A stretch of 64,000 bases of DNA, from NCBI RefSeq assembly GCF_037042905.1, contig NC_087252.1, positions 13,394,001 to 13,458,000 of the forward strand, given 5' to 3'. The translations under genes and the position numbers were made by a program. This stretch comes from Lytechinus pictus (Eukaryota). How positions within the stretch are numbered: the first letter of the stretch is position 1; every line of letters begins with the position of its first letter. The notes beneath the pieces are model-generated. The model was not told where the DNA came from, searched no databases, and was given only the letters and a program-made list of their open reading frames with translations. Below, piece by piece: positions 11,802 to 23,689 of this stretch.

Positions 11802-12479
11802 ATAAGACAAGCTGGTGAACTGCTTAGTTGTAGACTTTATGTAGTCCCATGTGCTCAAATACATGTGTGGTAATTCTAATTTACCAGAGCAGGTTTCCAA
11901 AACTTTAAAACTCCAGGGGGGGGGGGGTTATCGATTGTTGTGATTTCTCTGGAAGCGTGATAAATTTAAACCATGATTCAAATAAAAATTCAGTTAATTA
12001 ATATTCATAACTGTCACCAAGTTTTATGAGTTTGTCAGTCATGTTTGGACAGAAGAATATCACGAGACACGAAAATACTGACCGTGTAGCCTGTATTCTG
12101 AAACTTGACTTAAGACTGAAAATCTGCCGTTTCGGAGGAGTTAAAAAAAAAGATTTTTTTGCGAAGCACATATCCTGACCGAAATAGACTGATTTTTCGG
12201 TCAAGGACTAGATCTACAAGGTATTCTGAAAATTATTTTATCTTTTATTTGTGTTAATTTCCTTGGAAAGGACAATAAAATTTACAAGCTAGAGGTACAT
12301 GTACGGTAGGACTAGGACTTTAGGAGGCTAATGTAACTTGTGGCATGTGAATTTGTGATATTTTTCTGTCAACAATAGATCTAATTATTTTTTCCAAGAA
12401 CTTATTTTAAAAAAAAGTACGTAAAAAGACATTAGGCTACAGAGACGGATTTACAGATTTCAGAAATTTCACAGAACTT

Positions 12480-12877
12480 ATTTTGAGATGATGAATGTCT
12501 TTAAAGAAAAAAATGTCTCGGTCGAGCAAAAAAAAAAAAAGGGGGGGGGGGGAGTTATCAACCAAAAATTTAGGGGGTGATGCAAGAAAAATAATCTGAC
12601 AAGCAAAAAAAAGGTTATCAACCCAAAATTTAGGGAGGGATGCAAAACAAAAGAAATAATCTGAAAAAAGCAAAAAAAAAGGTTATCAACCGGAATTTTA
12701 GGGCGGACCACAACAATTTTAGGGGGTCCACCTTAATTTAGGGGGGATGCAGGAAACAAAATTGACAAGCAAAAAGAACGAAAAGGTTATCAACATAAAT
12801 TTTTGGGGGTCTGACCCCCACCTAAAATTTTTGGGGGACAGGACCCCCCCCCCCCCCCCGCTTCCGCTGCCTATACT
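12480..12877. repeat. Degenerate repeat array (aaaaaggttatcaacc-aaatttagggg units), probably a MITE remnant
   Basis: At least 4 imperfect units; related sequence at 46730-47050. Confidence 0.5.
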
Positions 12878-15284
12878 ATGAACAAACTGGGGAGAGGATA
12901 ATTGAAGAGGGTCGATCGATGTGACGGAGGGAGAGAGAGAGAGAGACACTCTTAAAGGGCGAGTCCACCTCATGGAAAAGAATGCTGAAAATTTAATCAA
13001 AATCAGAAGTAAAATATGAAAGTTATGATATTTTAAAATTTTACTTAAGCGATGAATTTTTCGGTGTTATATATGCTTTTTTTTTTTTTTTTTTTTTTTT
13101 TTTTGGGGGGGGGGTGGACTTAAATAAAAGGGGGTTTCAAGCGTTATAAGCCTGCATAACCTAGAAAGTGGTCCCAATACGCAATGGGCAGCATGCACCA
13201 GTGCATTTGAATAGTGGGCGGGGCAATATCACCTATAATCGTAGGACCTGTATGCAAGCGTGACTTATGTACTTTCTTTATGAATAAAAACAAATGGGTA
13301 GTGCGTAGTTCATGATCAAGCCATCTCTATCATGTCTAAATAGAACAGCCTCCCTGTTCTCCATTTCACCCTTTTCAGTCAGTCCGCAAGCCCCTGTGTT
13401 AATGAGCAAATGAGCAAGATTTATCCAAGTCCTCTCGTGGCTGAATTCATGTCCCTGCAAAATCTCGTGTATTGTGAGACTTTCTTTCTCAAAGAATTTA
13501 ACCACTTTCTCCTTGAGTAATATTGATTATTTTTGTACCATGGGCAAGAGTAAATGTTACCCTTTTATATTGGTCATTTTTTTTTTAATGAAATATTTTG
13601 ATAAAAAAGTGAATTTTTTACCTGAAAAGATGCATCAAACAGAATTTTCTTCCTCTGTTTTCACTTGCAAATTGTGCAACATTTTGTGTTTTAGGCACCA
13701 ACATTATTTATATCATCAGAAAGCTCAAACTCTATACTTTCTTACAATGTCACTCTTGATATGTGGCATCTTTTAGATGGGTCAGCAGCCAGTTATTTCC
13801 ATCAAGATGCAAGACGAGATTTCTGAAATTTCTGAGTAACATAAAATCCAGAGTTCTGATTGGCTGAATACTGTTTTCAAAACAAACAGGCGCGGGTAAT
13901 TTGAAGAGATTACCACATGGTGAGTGTGACCTTGCAGAGGCCCAGTGTGGGGAACATTGGAATTTGCGTGGGTGTGTGGTCTATGACCAATCAGAGCACA
14001 GTATTCTTGTTTTTGAGCTGCAAAATGTACTTGGCCTATGAAAAGCTGGCTGCTGACCCATCTAAAATACCTCTACTTATAAAAATTATATCATATTAAA
14101 GCTTAGATCTTCAGCTTTATCATGATTCAAAAATCATTTGTGCCTAAACAGAAATTAAGTGTGAAAACAACAACTTTTGTTGCATGAAAAAAAATATTTT
14201 GTTTCATGTTTTAGATCAAAAGTTTTTCCTATATTACAACATTCTTTTAAAAATCCAAACACATGACCTAAAAGAATGATTCTTCTTCTTTACATAGATA
14301 CCAAAAACATGAAATTTGGTCAATATTTAGAGCAGCAATGGCCGAATAAAAAGAGGTGTTTTGGTTCGCACCAAGCTCATTAACTATGCAAAAACCCTCT
14401 TGTCATGAATATCACTTGGATAAAAGAAGCTACTTTTTCAGGGCTTGCGGACTGACTGTTTTTATCAGGCACTGGAAAAACCATACAAGATAATGGCCCT
14501 CTGCCCCCTATAGTACCATTATCATGAAACATGTTGAATGATATCGTGTATGTATAAAAGTCGTATTAAACGGTGGTTTGTGTGATTTAATATGCATGGC
14601 TATATCCGAACACAACCATTGAAAGAAAATATTTAGTATATTCAGTCGTCGTAATTGTGGATTTGCTTGATTTTTAGTTTGATCTTGGATGTCCTATTAA
14701 TATGCAACACTTAAATTGCTATACAAGCGAGGGGAGCGAGTGGGGGAAATTATTTTTTTCGGACAACTATATTCATTTCATAAAAAAAACCGAATGTTCG
14801 AAATCCATACTATGTTCGAAAAAAAAAGAAGTCATTATTGTATCAACTAATTTATTGAATTTGCCTGTATATCTTATATACCAGCCCGTCATATAGTACC
14901 TCCTGATAATACACCGATGCCCTTCTATAAAGCGATCCGGGTAGAAATATAGGCTTATTGTCATCGTGTCCCTTGATTTCTCTTGTTTAATTTCGTTGTT
15001 AGCTTTGATGTATTGAGTAGGGATATGTCAACTCTATTTCGTCGACTAAAATATTAATAAAATAAAATTTGAAAAACAACAGCAAAAACAAAAACAAAAA
15101 AGTTGTCCATAATCAGATATAATAAGAAAGTTAGGGTAATTTAAAGTTTTCTTTTGCATTAAATGCATTAAATTAATTATACGATCCAGGATTTTCCAAA
15201 GGGCAAATTTTTCGGAGGAAAATTTTGACACGTCAAAAAAAAAAAAAAAAAAAAGGTCTTCAATTTCAAAATAATGATTATAAA

Positions 15285-16270
15285 GAAGAAGAAGAAGAAA
15301 AAAAGATGAAGAGGAGGAGGAGAAGAAGAAGAAGAAGATGATGATGATGATAATGATGATGATGATGATGAAAATGATGATGATGATAATGATGATGATG
15401 ATGATGATGATGATGAATATGATGATATGGTGGTGGTGGTGATGATGATGATGTGGTGGTGATGGTGATGATGATGGTGATGATGATGAAGAAGAAGATG
15501 AAAATGATGACGATGATGATGATGGTGGTGTTGGTGGGGGTGGTGATGATGATGATGAAAATGATGACGATGTTGTTAATCATGCTGTTGGTGGTGATGA
15601 TGGTGACGATGATGATGGTGAGTGTGGTGGTGTTGGTGATAATGTATAATGATGACGACGACGATGATGATGATGACGATGATGAAGAAGAAAGAAGAAG
15701 GAGAAGATGAAGATGATGATAAAGATGATGATGATGATGACTATGATATGGTGGTGGTGGTGATGATAATGATGATGATGATGATGAAAATGATGATGAT
15801 GACGATGAAGAAGAAGAAGATGATGATGATGAAAATGATGATGATGATTATGGTGGTGGTGGTGATGATGATGAAAATAATGATGATGACGATGTTGCTG
15901 ATCATGATGATGCTGATTATGGTGGTGGTGGTTTGGATGATAATGTAAGGATGACGATGACGACGACGATGATGATGACGATGATGAAGAAGAAGAAGAT
16001 GATGAAAATGATGATGGTGGTGGTGGTGATGATGATGACGATGATGATGATGCTGATTATGGTGGTGGTGGTGATGATGATGATAATGATGATGATGATG
16101 ATGATGAAAATGAATGATGATTAGATTATGATAGGGATTGATAGCTATATAGTGATGATAATGGTGATGGTGAGCATGGTGGTGACGATGATGATGCTGA
16201 TTATGTTGATGGTAATCGGTAATGATATTGGTAGTCGTGTTGGTGATGAGAATAATAATGAAGATGATGA
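15285..16270. repeat. (GAT/GGT/GAA)n compound microsatellite
   Basis: About 1 kb of trinucleotide repeats; source of the Met/His/Asp-rich pseudo-ORFs. Confidence 0.95.
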
Positions 16271-16726
16271 AGAAAATCCTTTGGTCTTAATAATAATGAT
16301 ATAAAAGTTCATTAAGTCGAAACAATGACTCGGATTTTAATTGTGGAAGGGGTATTTAAATGAATTCAATATAGGTTTTTGGCATGATAATAGTTTCTCC
16401 ATATACCCTGATGAATGAAACTAGTAGTTTATTTTACTTTTGTTTTTAGCGGTTGCCTGATATTGTGGAAGATCTAGTCCACCCCAACAATATGATTTGA
16501 ATAAAAGGGAAATCATACAGTGTTTAGTTTGATCCTTTATATTTCCCTTTATAGGCCTATATTTCCCTTTCAGATTATCTAAAAGCGAAATAATAAAGGG
16601 AAATATAAAGGATAGAAATAAAAACTGCATGAAATAAGAAAGCTATGACAATTTCAAGTTTTGTTTAAATTTTCTGAAAAAGGGTTATAATAAGGGGTCA
16701 TGTTTTAGCATTTGCCAAGAAATTTA

Positions 16727-16962
16727 CACAGCAAAAACTGCGGTGTTAACCGGTGAACAAGGATTACCACATCAGTTATTTTACACCGGTGTTAAATTGA
16801 CAGGATTAGTTTAACACCAAATATGTGTTATTACAACACCTTTGGTTGTTACATTTACACTCTTTGGTGTTATGTTCAATCTCTAGGGTGTAATTAAACA
16901 TCTCAGGATGTGGTCCTCTATTAACAATTGGAGTCAGTTTTAACACCACAGTTTTTACAGTG
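16727..16962. mobile_element. MITE with CAC...GTG termini (CACTA/Mirage-like)
   Basis: TIRs cacagcaaaaactgcggtgttaa / ttaacaccacagtttttacagtg; TA on both flanks. Confidence 0.7.
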
Positions 16963-16995
16963 TAGAACGACATTGTACAAGTCTGTTTTAAACAA

Positions 16996-19900
16996 TTGAT
17001 TTGATTTGATTTGATTTGATTTGATTTTTATTCACCAACGATAACAACATATTTACAGATGTTTACATATTACATTATTATGTCATGCATATAAATATTA
17101 CAGAAATGAAACATACATGTATATGTTAAGAGCTGATAAAAGGGACCAGAAAATAGCACAAGTGCTAGTCGAGCCTGGCCCCTACACATATTAGTAATAT
17201 AGGCGAATATTGAACTTTAAAGTATGTTTTTTTTTAAACACAACAACTACAAAAAAACAAAATAAAATTATGAGTGTAACATTTTATGTTATATACAGAG
17301 CAATATGATAAGTTATTGATTTAATAAATGATTTTGTAATGAATTCCTGAAATCGTTTCTGGATACTTTTAGTTTGATGGCTAATGGTACATTATTCCAG
17401 TAATCACTTCCTAAGAAAGATAGAGAGAATTGTCCTTGAGTAGTCCGTAATTTTGGTAAATGTACTTGTCGACCTTCTTTTTGTCTTGTTGGGTATCTAT
17501 GCTCTATTACATCGCAATAATCTACTAAAGAGTGAGGTAAGTTATTATTACCCAGGTCATACATGAAGGTACATATAGATAAATTGTGCATTTCAAATAC
17601 ATTTAGGATCTTTAAATTCTGAAATAATACACGTGTATGAGCTCGCCACTCACTGAATGTGATGGCACGTACTGCCATTTTTTGGGTGTAAAATATACAA
17701 TTTAAGCTACTCTTGTAAGTACTCCCCCACACCTCGATTCCATAAGTTATGTGTGGCTCTATGAATGCCTTGTATAATAATACTAATGTATATTTTGGTA
17801 CAAAATGTCGCAACCGAAATATAATTCCTACTCTTTTACGTATACATGAATTAACTATTCTAATATGGTTCTTCCAAGTTAGATGTTTATCTATTGTTAT
17901 ACCTACAAAAGTTGCTTCATTAACCTCTTCAATCTCCTCTCCGGCTATTTCCAATTTACCAGCTAGTCTAATATTTTTCCTTCTGCTACCAATCAACATG
18001 AATTTCGTTTTCATAGAGTTGATAGTAAGCTTGTTTGCAACACACCATTCTTGTATCTTATTTATATTAATATTGACTTCATTTACATCAATTTCATCTT
18101 GTCCAGCTGGGAAGGTATGAAATAGATTAGAATCGTCTGCAAATAATCTGAAATTGAAATAATTAGAAACAGATGGTAGATCGTTTATATACAGTAAAAA
18201 TAATGTTGGTCCTAGAACCGAACCTTGAGGAACACCGCATGTGATTTCCATTTTCTTAGAGACTGTCTCTTCATATTGAACAAACTGATATCTTCCTCTA
18301 AGATAGTCTTCGAACCATTTAAGCGGGAGACCGCGTATTCCATAGTGAGAGAGTTTGTTGATTAAGACATTATGATTGATCGTATCAAATGCTTTTTTGA
18401 AGTCAATGAATATCCCAAGTGTAGCTTTACTCTCATCAATTGCTTTTAAGAGAGTGTTGGACAAATTTATTAATGACAACTTAGTACTGTACTTCTTACG
18501 AAAACCATACTGGTGGTGGTAAAAAGCATTGTTTGTTTCTAAAAACTGTACTAATCGCCCGTTTGCTACTTTTTCGAAAACCTTTCCGAGCACTGGCAAA
18601 ACAGATATTGGTCTATAGTTTCCAGGTTCATCTTTTGGTCCCTTTTTGTGGATAGGCGTAACTTTTGCTATTTTCATTTCATCTGGTACCCTCCCACATT
18701 CTAAAGATAAATTAAAGATATATGCCAGGACACCTGAAATGTAAACAGCACTATCTCTTAACAATCGTGCTGGTAAATTATCATGACCACAAGCTTTCTT
18801 TTCATCTAGAGTTACAAGATGATTAAAAACCTCATCCTCAGTCACAGGTTTCCAAAATAAAGAATTGTTAACTCTTGCCCCTAAGTAACGTCTATGTGAC
18901 ACATTTTCATTTGGCAAAGTATCTGCTAGATTCGGACCAATATTAACAAAGTAGTTATTGAATTCATTGACAATATCATTTATAGATGTAATGAGGTTAT
19001 TGTCTCCATTGACCTTTTTGATAAGCCTGTCTACTTCAACAACCCTTGAATTTTTTTTCTTTCCAACCAATAATTCATTAATGATTTCCCATGTCTTACT
19101 CGTGTTACATCGGTTTTCATACAGTAAATTGGTGTAATAAGTACGTTTTGCATTCTTTAAAATCGTAGTGAGCAAGTTTCTATATTTTTTATATTTCTTC
19201 ACAATATCTTCATTGTAGTTTGTCTTTAGGACTTTTGCATATAACTTCTGTTTAACACGTATTGATTTAATTATTCCTGTAGTTATCCAGACCTTCTTTT
19301 TAATATCTTTCTTTTTTCCAATTTGTTTAGTTTTCATAGGTGCATGTTTGTTACATATATATGAGAAAGACTTGCAAAACATAGAGTATGCAATATTTAC
19401 ATCATGGCAGTTTAATACCTCTTCCCAGTTGAAGACAGAAAGGTCTTCTTTAAACTGTTCAATATTGAATTTTCTGTAGCATCGATAGGTAATTTTCTTT
19501 TGATTTGAACATAACTTGGCCATGTTCTTGAATACTACAAACACTGGAAAATGGTCAGAGATATCAGTATGTATGACCCCTGAATGAGTTTCAACAGTAT
19601 CAACATTTGAATAAATGTGATCTATTAAAGTTGAAGAGTCCTTGGTTACTCTTGTCGGTGATTTTATTAATTGTTCTAAACCCACACATTGTAGAGAAGA
19701 AGTGAAGTCATCAGCTATGTCTTCTATACTTAAAATATTCACATTAAAATCACCTAACAGTACACACTTACGTTTATCTACTTTAATTGTTTGTAGTATA
19801 TCTAACAGACTATCTTGGAATTCTTTTACATTTGTATTTGGTTTTCTATATATCACGGCTATGATTATCTTTAGCTCATCAGTAATATTAACTTGTAACC

Positions 19901-20465
19901 ACAGAGATTCTGCATGGGCAATGTCATAACTTAAGCGAGTATATTTCAAATTTGATTTAATATAGGCTCCGACTCCTCCTCCTCTCAAATCATCCTTGCG
20001 ACCATCTACTTCAAGAGTATACCCTTGTAAATTTAAAACAGAGGTATTAGACGCATTCCAGACTTCTGATAAGCCAATTATATCAAATTTAGTATTCATA
20101 CTATCTTCATACAACAGTCTAAGGTTATCAATATTTTTCACTAAAGAGCGTATATTTATGTGGGTTAATTTCAAAGATAGGGATGTCTCAAAATTTAGGA
20201 CTTTGTCAATATTACATGGTAATAACTCGTAAGAAATATTTGTATCATCCATTATTCATATTTATCAGACATATTTATCAGACATATGCAGGCTAGTCAA
20301 GTTATTACTCCATATAATGTAGCTTAAAGTTTTGGTAGTTGATAGTGTCCAAGCCAATATCGAAGAGATCGTCCGGAGAAGCGATCGTCTTGTAACTGTC
20401 ATCCGTGAGCTTACATACAATGTTCCCGTTTTGCGTACTCACTCTCTTCACAAGAGGACTTGCAA
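16996..20465 (-). mobile_element. 5'-truncated CR1/L2-group LINE with intact ORF2 and the ORF1 C-terminus
   Basis: (AAATC)n tail at 16996-17025; 3' UTR stem-loop near 17140-17183; ORF1 tail (...VSTQNGNIVCKLTDDSYKTIASPDDLFDIG...ME*) at about 20304-20463. Confidence 0.9.
17313..20252 (-). CDS. LINE ORF2: APE endonuclease and reverse transcriptase (979 aa)
   Basis: HINIRS, GLSEVW, GDFNVN, SDHFP; DFKKAFD, GVPQGSVLGP, LFADD; no stops. Confidence 0.95.
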   Translation of the reverse strand: MDDTNISYELLPCNIDKVLNFETSLSLKLTHINIRSLVKNIDNLRLLYEDSMNTKFDIIGLSEVWNASNTSVLNLQGYTLEVDGRKDDLRGGGVGAYIKSNLKYTRLSYDIAHAESLWLQVNITDELKIIIAVIYRKPNTNVKEFQDSLLDILQTIKVDKRKCVLLGDFNVNILSIEDIADDFTSSLQCVGLEQLIKSPTRVTKDSSTLIDHIYSNVDTVETHSGVIHTDISDHFPVFVVFKNMAKLCSNQKKITYRCYRKFNIEQFKEDLSVFNWEEVLNCHDVNIAYSMFCKSFSYICNKHAPMKTKQIGKKKDIKKKVWITTGIIKSIRVKQKLYAKVLKTNYNEDIVKKYKKYRNLLTTILKNAKRTYYTNLLYENRCNTSKTWEIINELLVGKKKNSRVVEVDRLIKKVNGDNNLITSINDIVNEFNNYFVNIGPNLADTLPNENVSHRRYLGARVNNSLFWKPVTEDEVFNHLVTLDEKKACGHDNLPARLLRDSAVYISGVLAYIFNLSLECGRVPDEMKIAKVTPIHKKGPKDEPGNYRPISVLPVLGKVFEKVANGRLVQFLETNNAFYHHQYGFRKKYSTKLSLINLSNTLLKAIDESKATLGIFIDFKKAFDTINHNVLINKLSHYGIRGLPLKWFEDYLRGRYQFVQYEETVSKKMEITCGVPQGSVLGPTLFLLYINDLPSVSNYFNFRLFADDSNLFHTFPAGQDEIDVNEVNININKIQEWCVANKLTINSMKTKFMLIGSRRKNIRLAGKLEIAGEEIEEVNEATFVGITIDKHLTWKNHIRIVNSCIRKRVGIIFRLRHFVPKYTLVLLYKAFIEPHITYGIEVWGSTYKSSLNCIFYTQKMAVRAITFSEWRAHTRVLFQNLKILNVFEMHNLSICTFMYDLGNNNLPHSLVDYCDVIEHRYPTRQKEGRQVHLPKLRTTQGQFSLSFLGSDYWNNVPLAIKLKVSRNDFRNSLQNHLLNQ

Positions 20466-21098
20466 TTAATGTATATAGACCTTTTGTTATTCTTTCTACG
20501 GCTTGTAATTCTATTCAATATCACAACCTCATAAAGAAAAAAGTAGGGATATATTTTTTTAGAAAAGGATGTCTGAAAACTTTCTTTTGTAGTCGTGTAA
20601 CTTCTTATATTTTTCTCCAGGTAGGGGGTCGAAGCGCGAGTTCAAGTAATACTAGTATAACGCTATAAAGGGAAATTCCCCGAATCTTCTAGGTTGTCGT
20701 GACGTAAGACAAGATTGTACTCATTTTTCTTACACCTATAGTAAAACAGAGCCATTGAATGAGTACAGCGATATTTTTGGAATGGTTAGAACATTCTCAT
20801 ACATGTCGACTACTAGTATCCTACGGCCCAACGCAACGTTTAGGCTTTAGCGTGACTGAAAATTGACATTTTCGTAAGTTCCAGATCTCCAACCTGTTTT
20901 TGATAAGGCATGGATTCACTTATTGAATGGATTGCTTTCCAATTTTATATGTGATATGACACTCATTGTTTGGTGTACGGTATGTAAAGTGATTTTTCGA
21001 GGGTGAAGCCAGGACGAGTGCGCTACACGCCGCCCACGGGTGCAGCGCTTTCGACTTTGGCTTTGCCACGCTGCGGTATCTCGCGGCTTGGCTGTCGG

Positions 21099-22054
21099 TA
21101 GACAGCTGGCAGCCGTCTGTTTCGAGGAGTTTTTCAACATTTTTTTATTTTTTAAATTTCTCCTCATACACAGACGGCTCGCTAGCGTGTCGCCACCATT
21201 AGGGGAGGTACAATGCAAATTCCCCCCGACGGGGCTCATCGATTTTTGTCTTTATTTCATAAATATATATGAAAATAAATGGACAAATATGCGAATTAAT
21301 GTTCCCTCTTGGCATTAATTGCCAAAAACGAGGGAAAAATAAAGTTAAAAGGAGAAAAAACAGCGACTTACCTCGGCTGTCGTGTAGCTGTAGCTCCTAG
21401 TTCACTCGTTCATCCGAAGTCGATATAACACACAAACATATGCCATTGGAAGAACTTCCGGGTCAACTGCGTATCAAAACCATTGGCCAATCAGATCATC
21501 TCTTTTACGTCGGGTTTATGAATACTAAAATTCTAGATGGTTTTTTTATTCATTTTCCATTATCTCTTTCTCTTTCGTTTTCTCTCTTTTTTGTTTTACT
21601 TTTCTTTTTAATTTTTATTTCCCCTTTTTTCTTTTGTTTCTTTAACTGCTCCTTTCTTTCCCCTTCTGTAATGTGTGACGTAAAGGTCATGGGGCGGAGT
21701 CTGACTTTCGTCGGCCACTTTTTCATGAATTATTCATTACCAAGATGGCTGCCCATTAGTCCGAGTCGCAAGTGTCAATTTCAGAGTTAATCCCCTGATT
21801 GCCAGTTTTAAAGCGGGAATTTAGGGTAAGAAACTGTCGTTACTTATACATTTTCAGCTATAGGTGCATATGTCATGTATGTATGAACTTTTGGTGGAAA
21901 ATATCGCGGTATCGAGGAGAAAAACAAGAAATTAGCGGTGGCCATTGAGCCCCTGTACAGACGACGGTTTAACTTCGGTCTATGTATTTGGTGAGTGGAG
22001 CCAACGTAGTTCAGCGGAACAACCAACATAACAGAGACCGAAGCTTTTGGTCTA
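21099..22054 (+). mobile_element. Non-autonomous TAGAC...GTCTA element, 9-bp TSD (AcademH-like), copy 1
   Basis: GGCTGTCGG duplicated at 21090-21098 and 22055-22063; both ends shared with 40209-40645. Confidence 0.8.
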
Positions 22055-22168
22055 GGCTGTCGGCTGCTTTCTCGGCAAGTTATCGGCGAGGCTCTGGAGT
22101 ACGGAGTCGAGTCCGAGCTTCCTGGCTGAAGTTCCTGGGCCTTGGTTGGTGTGGTGAGGTCAAGAATT

Positions 22169-22517
22169 AGCCCTAAATCATGTAAATGGGATAAATCTAC
22201 AACTTCATTTCCCACACGGTATAAAAATATGAATAGACAGGGATACTTGCCGCGATGTTTACGTCGCCATCTTTTTCTTTTTGTTATTCGCCAAGCTACA
22301 ACAGTACAACTTTACAAGACACATATCAGACGATATGCGTCTTGTAGCTTGGCGAAGAACAAAAAGAACAACATGTTGATGTAAACATCGGCAAGTGATT
22401 TCCCCGTCTTCTAAAAAATATTTTTATCGTTTTTTAATGAATTCTTGTTTAAAAATTAAATCAACATCGTATAAATGTGGGAAATGAAGTTGTTTCCCAT
22501 TTACATGATTTAGGGCT
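22169..22517. mobile_element. MITE with about 45-bp TIRs
   Basis: agccctaaatcatgtaaatggga...acaacttcatttcccaca / tgtgggaaatgaagttgtttcccatttacatgatttagggct. Confidence 0.75.
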
Positions 22518-23689
22518 TGAGTAAAGTGCCCTGAGGTTTGGCAATGCAGCATGGCACACTAGTTTTTCAGCACTGCACAAAGTACGAAAATACTCTACCC
22601 ATGCAGAGGTCTGTACTACACCCGGAAGAAGAAGAAGAAGAAGAATATCGGCCACTCAAGCATAATTGGACCAAAACAAAGTAAAAAATACAATCATTGA
22701 ATACAAAAAAAATAATGTGTTAATGTCATAAAAAAATAGAATTTAAACAAATATGGTAAACAGAAATTATTTAGGCCTACTTCCTACATGTACCATGAGC
22801 TTATTTTTTGTCAAATATTGGACGCAGTTTCCAAATATCGGGCACGTAAAGTTGTGCGCCGCGATAAATTTTGGTGATTTAAATCGCTCCCTAAACCCCA
22901 AAATAATTGCTTGATTGTTGAGAAAGAAACTTATATCAGCTGCGCAAATGCCGATTTTAATTATTACTACATGTATCAATAATTTTGACAAAGAAAGCGA
23001 TAAATAATAATTATTTACTTACCAAATTATGCTCTAAACATCCGACGTCTTTGATCAGCTGCGCGCGATTTCGTTCTAAAAACGAGCGTGCGCGTGTCAA
23101 CAGCACGCATTTCCAATTCAATTGGCCGATATGTCCGATGCTTGGGAGAGTGCCATATTTGGAAGGGTGTCAAATTTCCCACTGTTGGGAACCCCAGCGG
23201 TGGCCATTGCAGATTTTCTTGCGATAGAATCACATGTGCGATGTCGGCAGCGATATTCCCGGCGGAAGTCACTTCCCACTTACAAGATTTGTTTGGGTCA
23301 TCAATCTTTTGGAGTCCATAATTAGCGGGGGTCATAAGAATCTTTGGAAGTCAAAATTATTGATTTTACCCCTGGATTTCACCAATGGAATATTTTTTTT
23401 AAGCAGCAAGCTGGATCTACTGTGTGTGCAGTTCAGTAGCAGGTACATGTATGTTCATGTATCTCATGCATGCAAGTCCCCCGCCAGTGCGGGTCCCTGT
23501 AGTTGTGGGGAGGGAGTTGAAATAATTTTTGTCCGATATTTTTAGCCCTCCGATACTTGGGGGTTTTACTCTAGATCTTTTAGAAGGAAAGTAGAACTCT
23601 CGTTACCCAGTAAGGTAAGAAGCTATTCACTTTAATGAACATGAGTTTCTTTTTCTTTACTATCATCAGTGTTCAAGTTGACAATAACC

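Noticed and set aside
15278..16124. His-, Met- and Asp-rich ORFs (also 391-720)
   Set aside because: Translations of trinucleotide microsatellites with no splice or domain support
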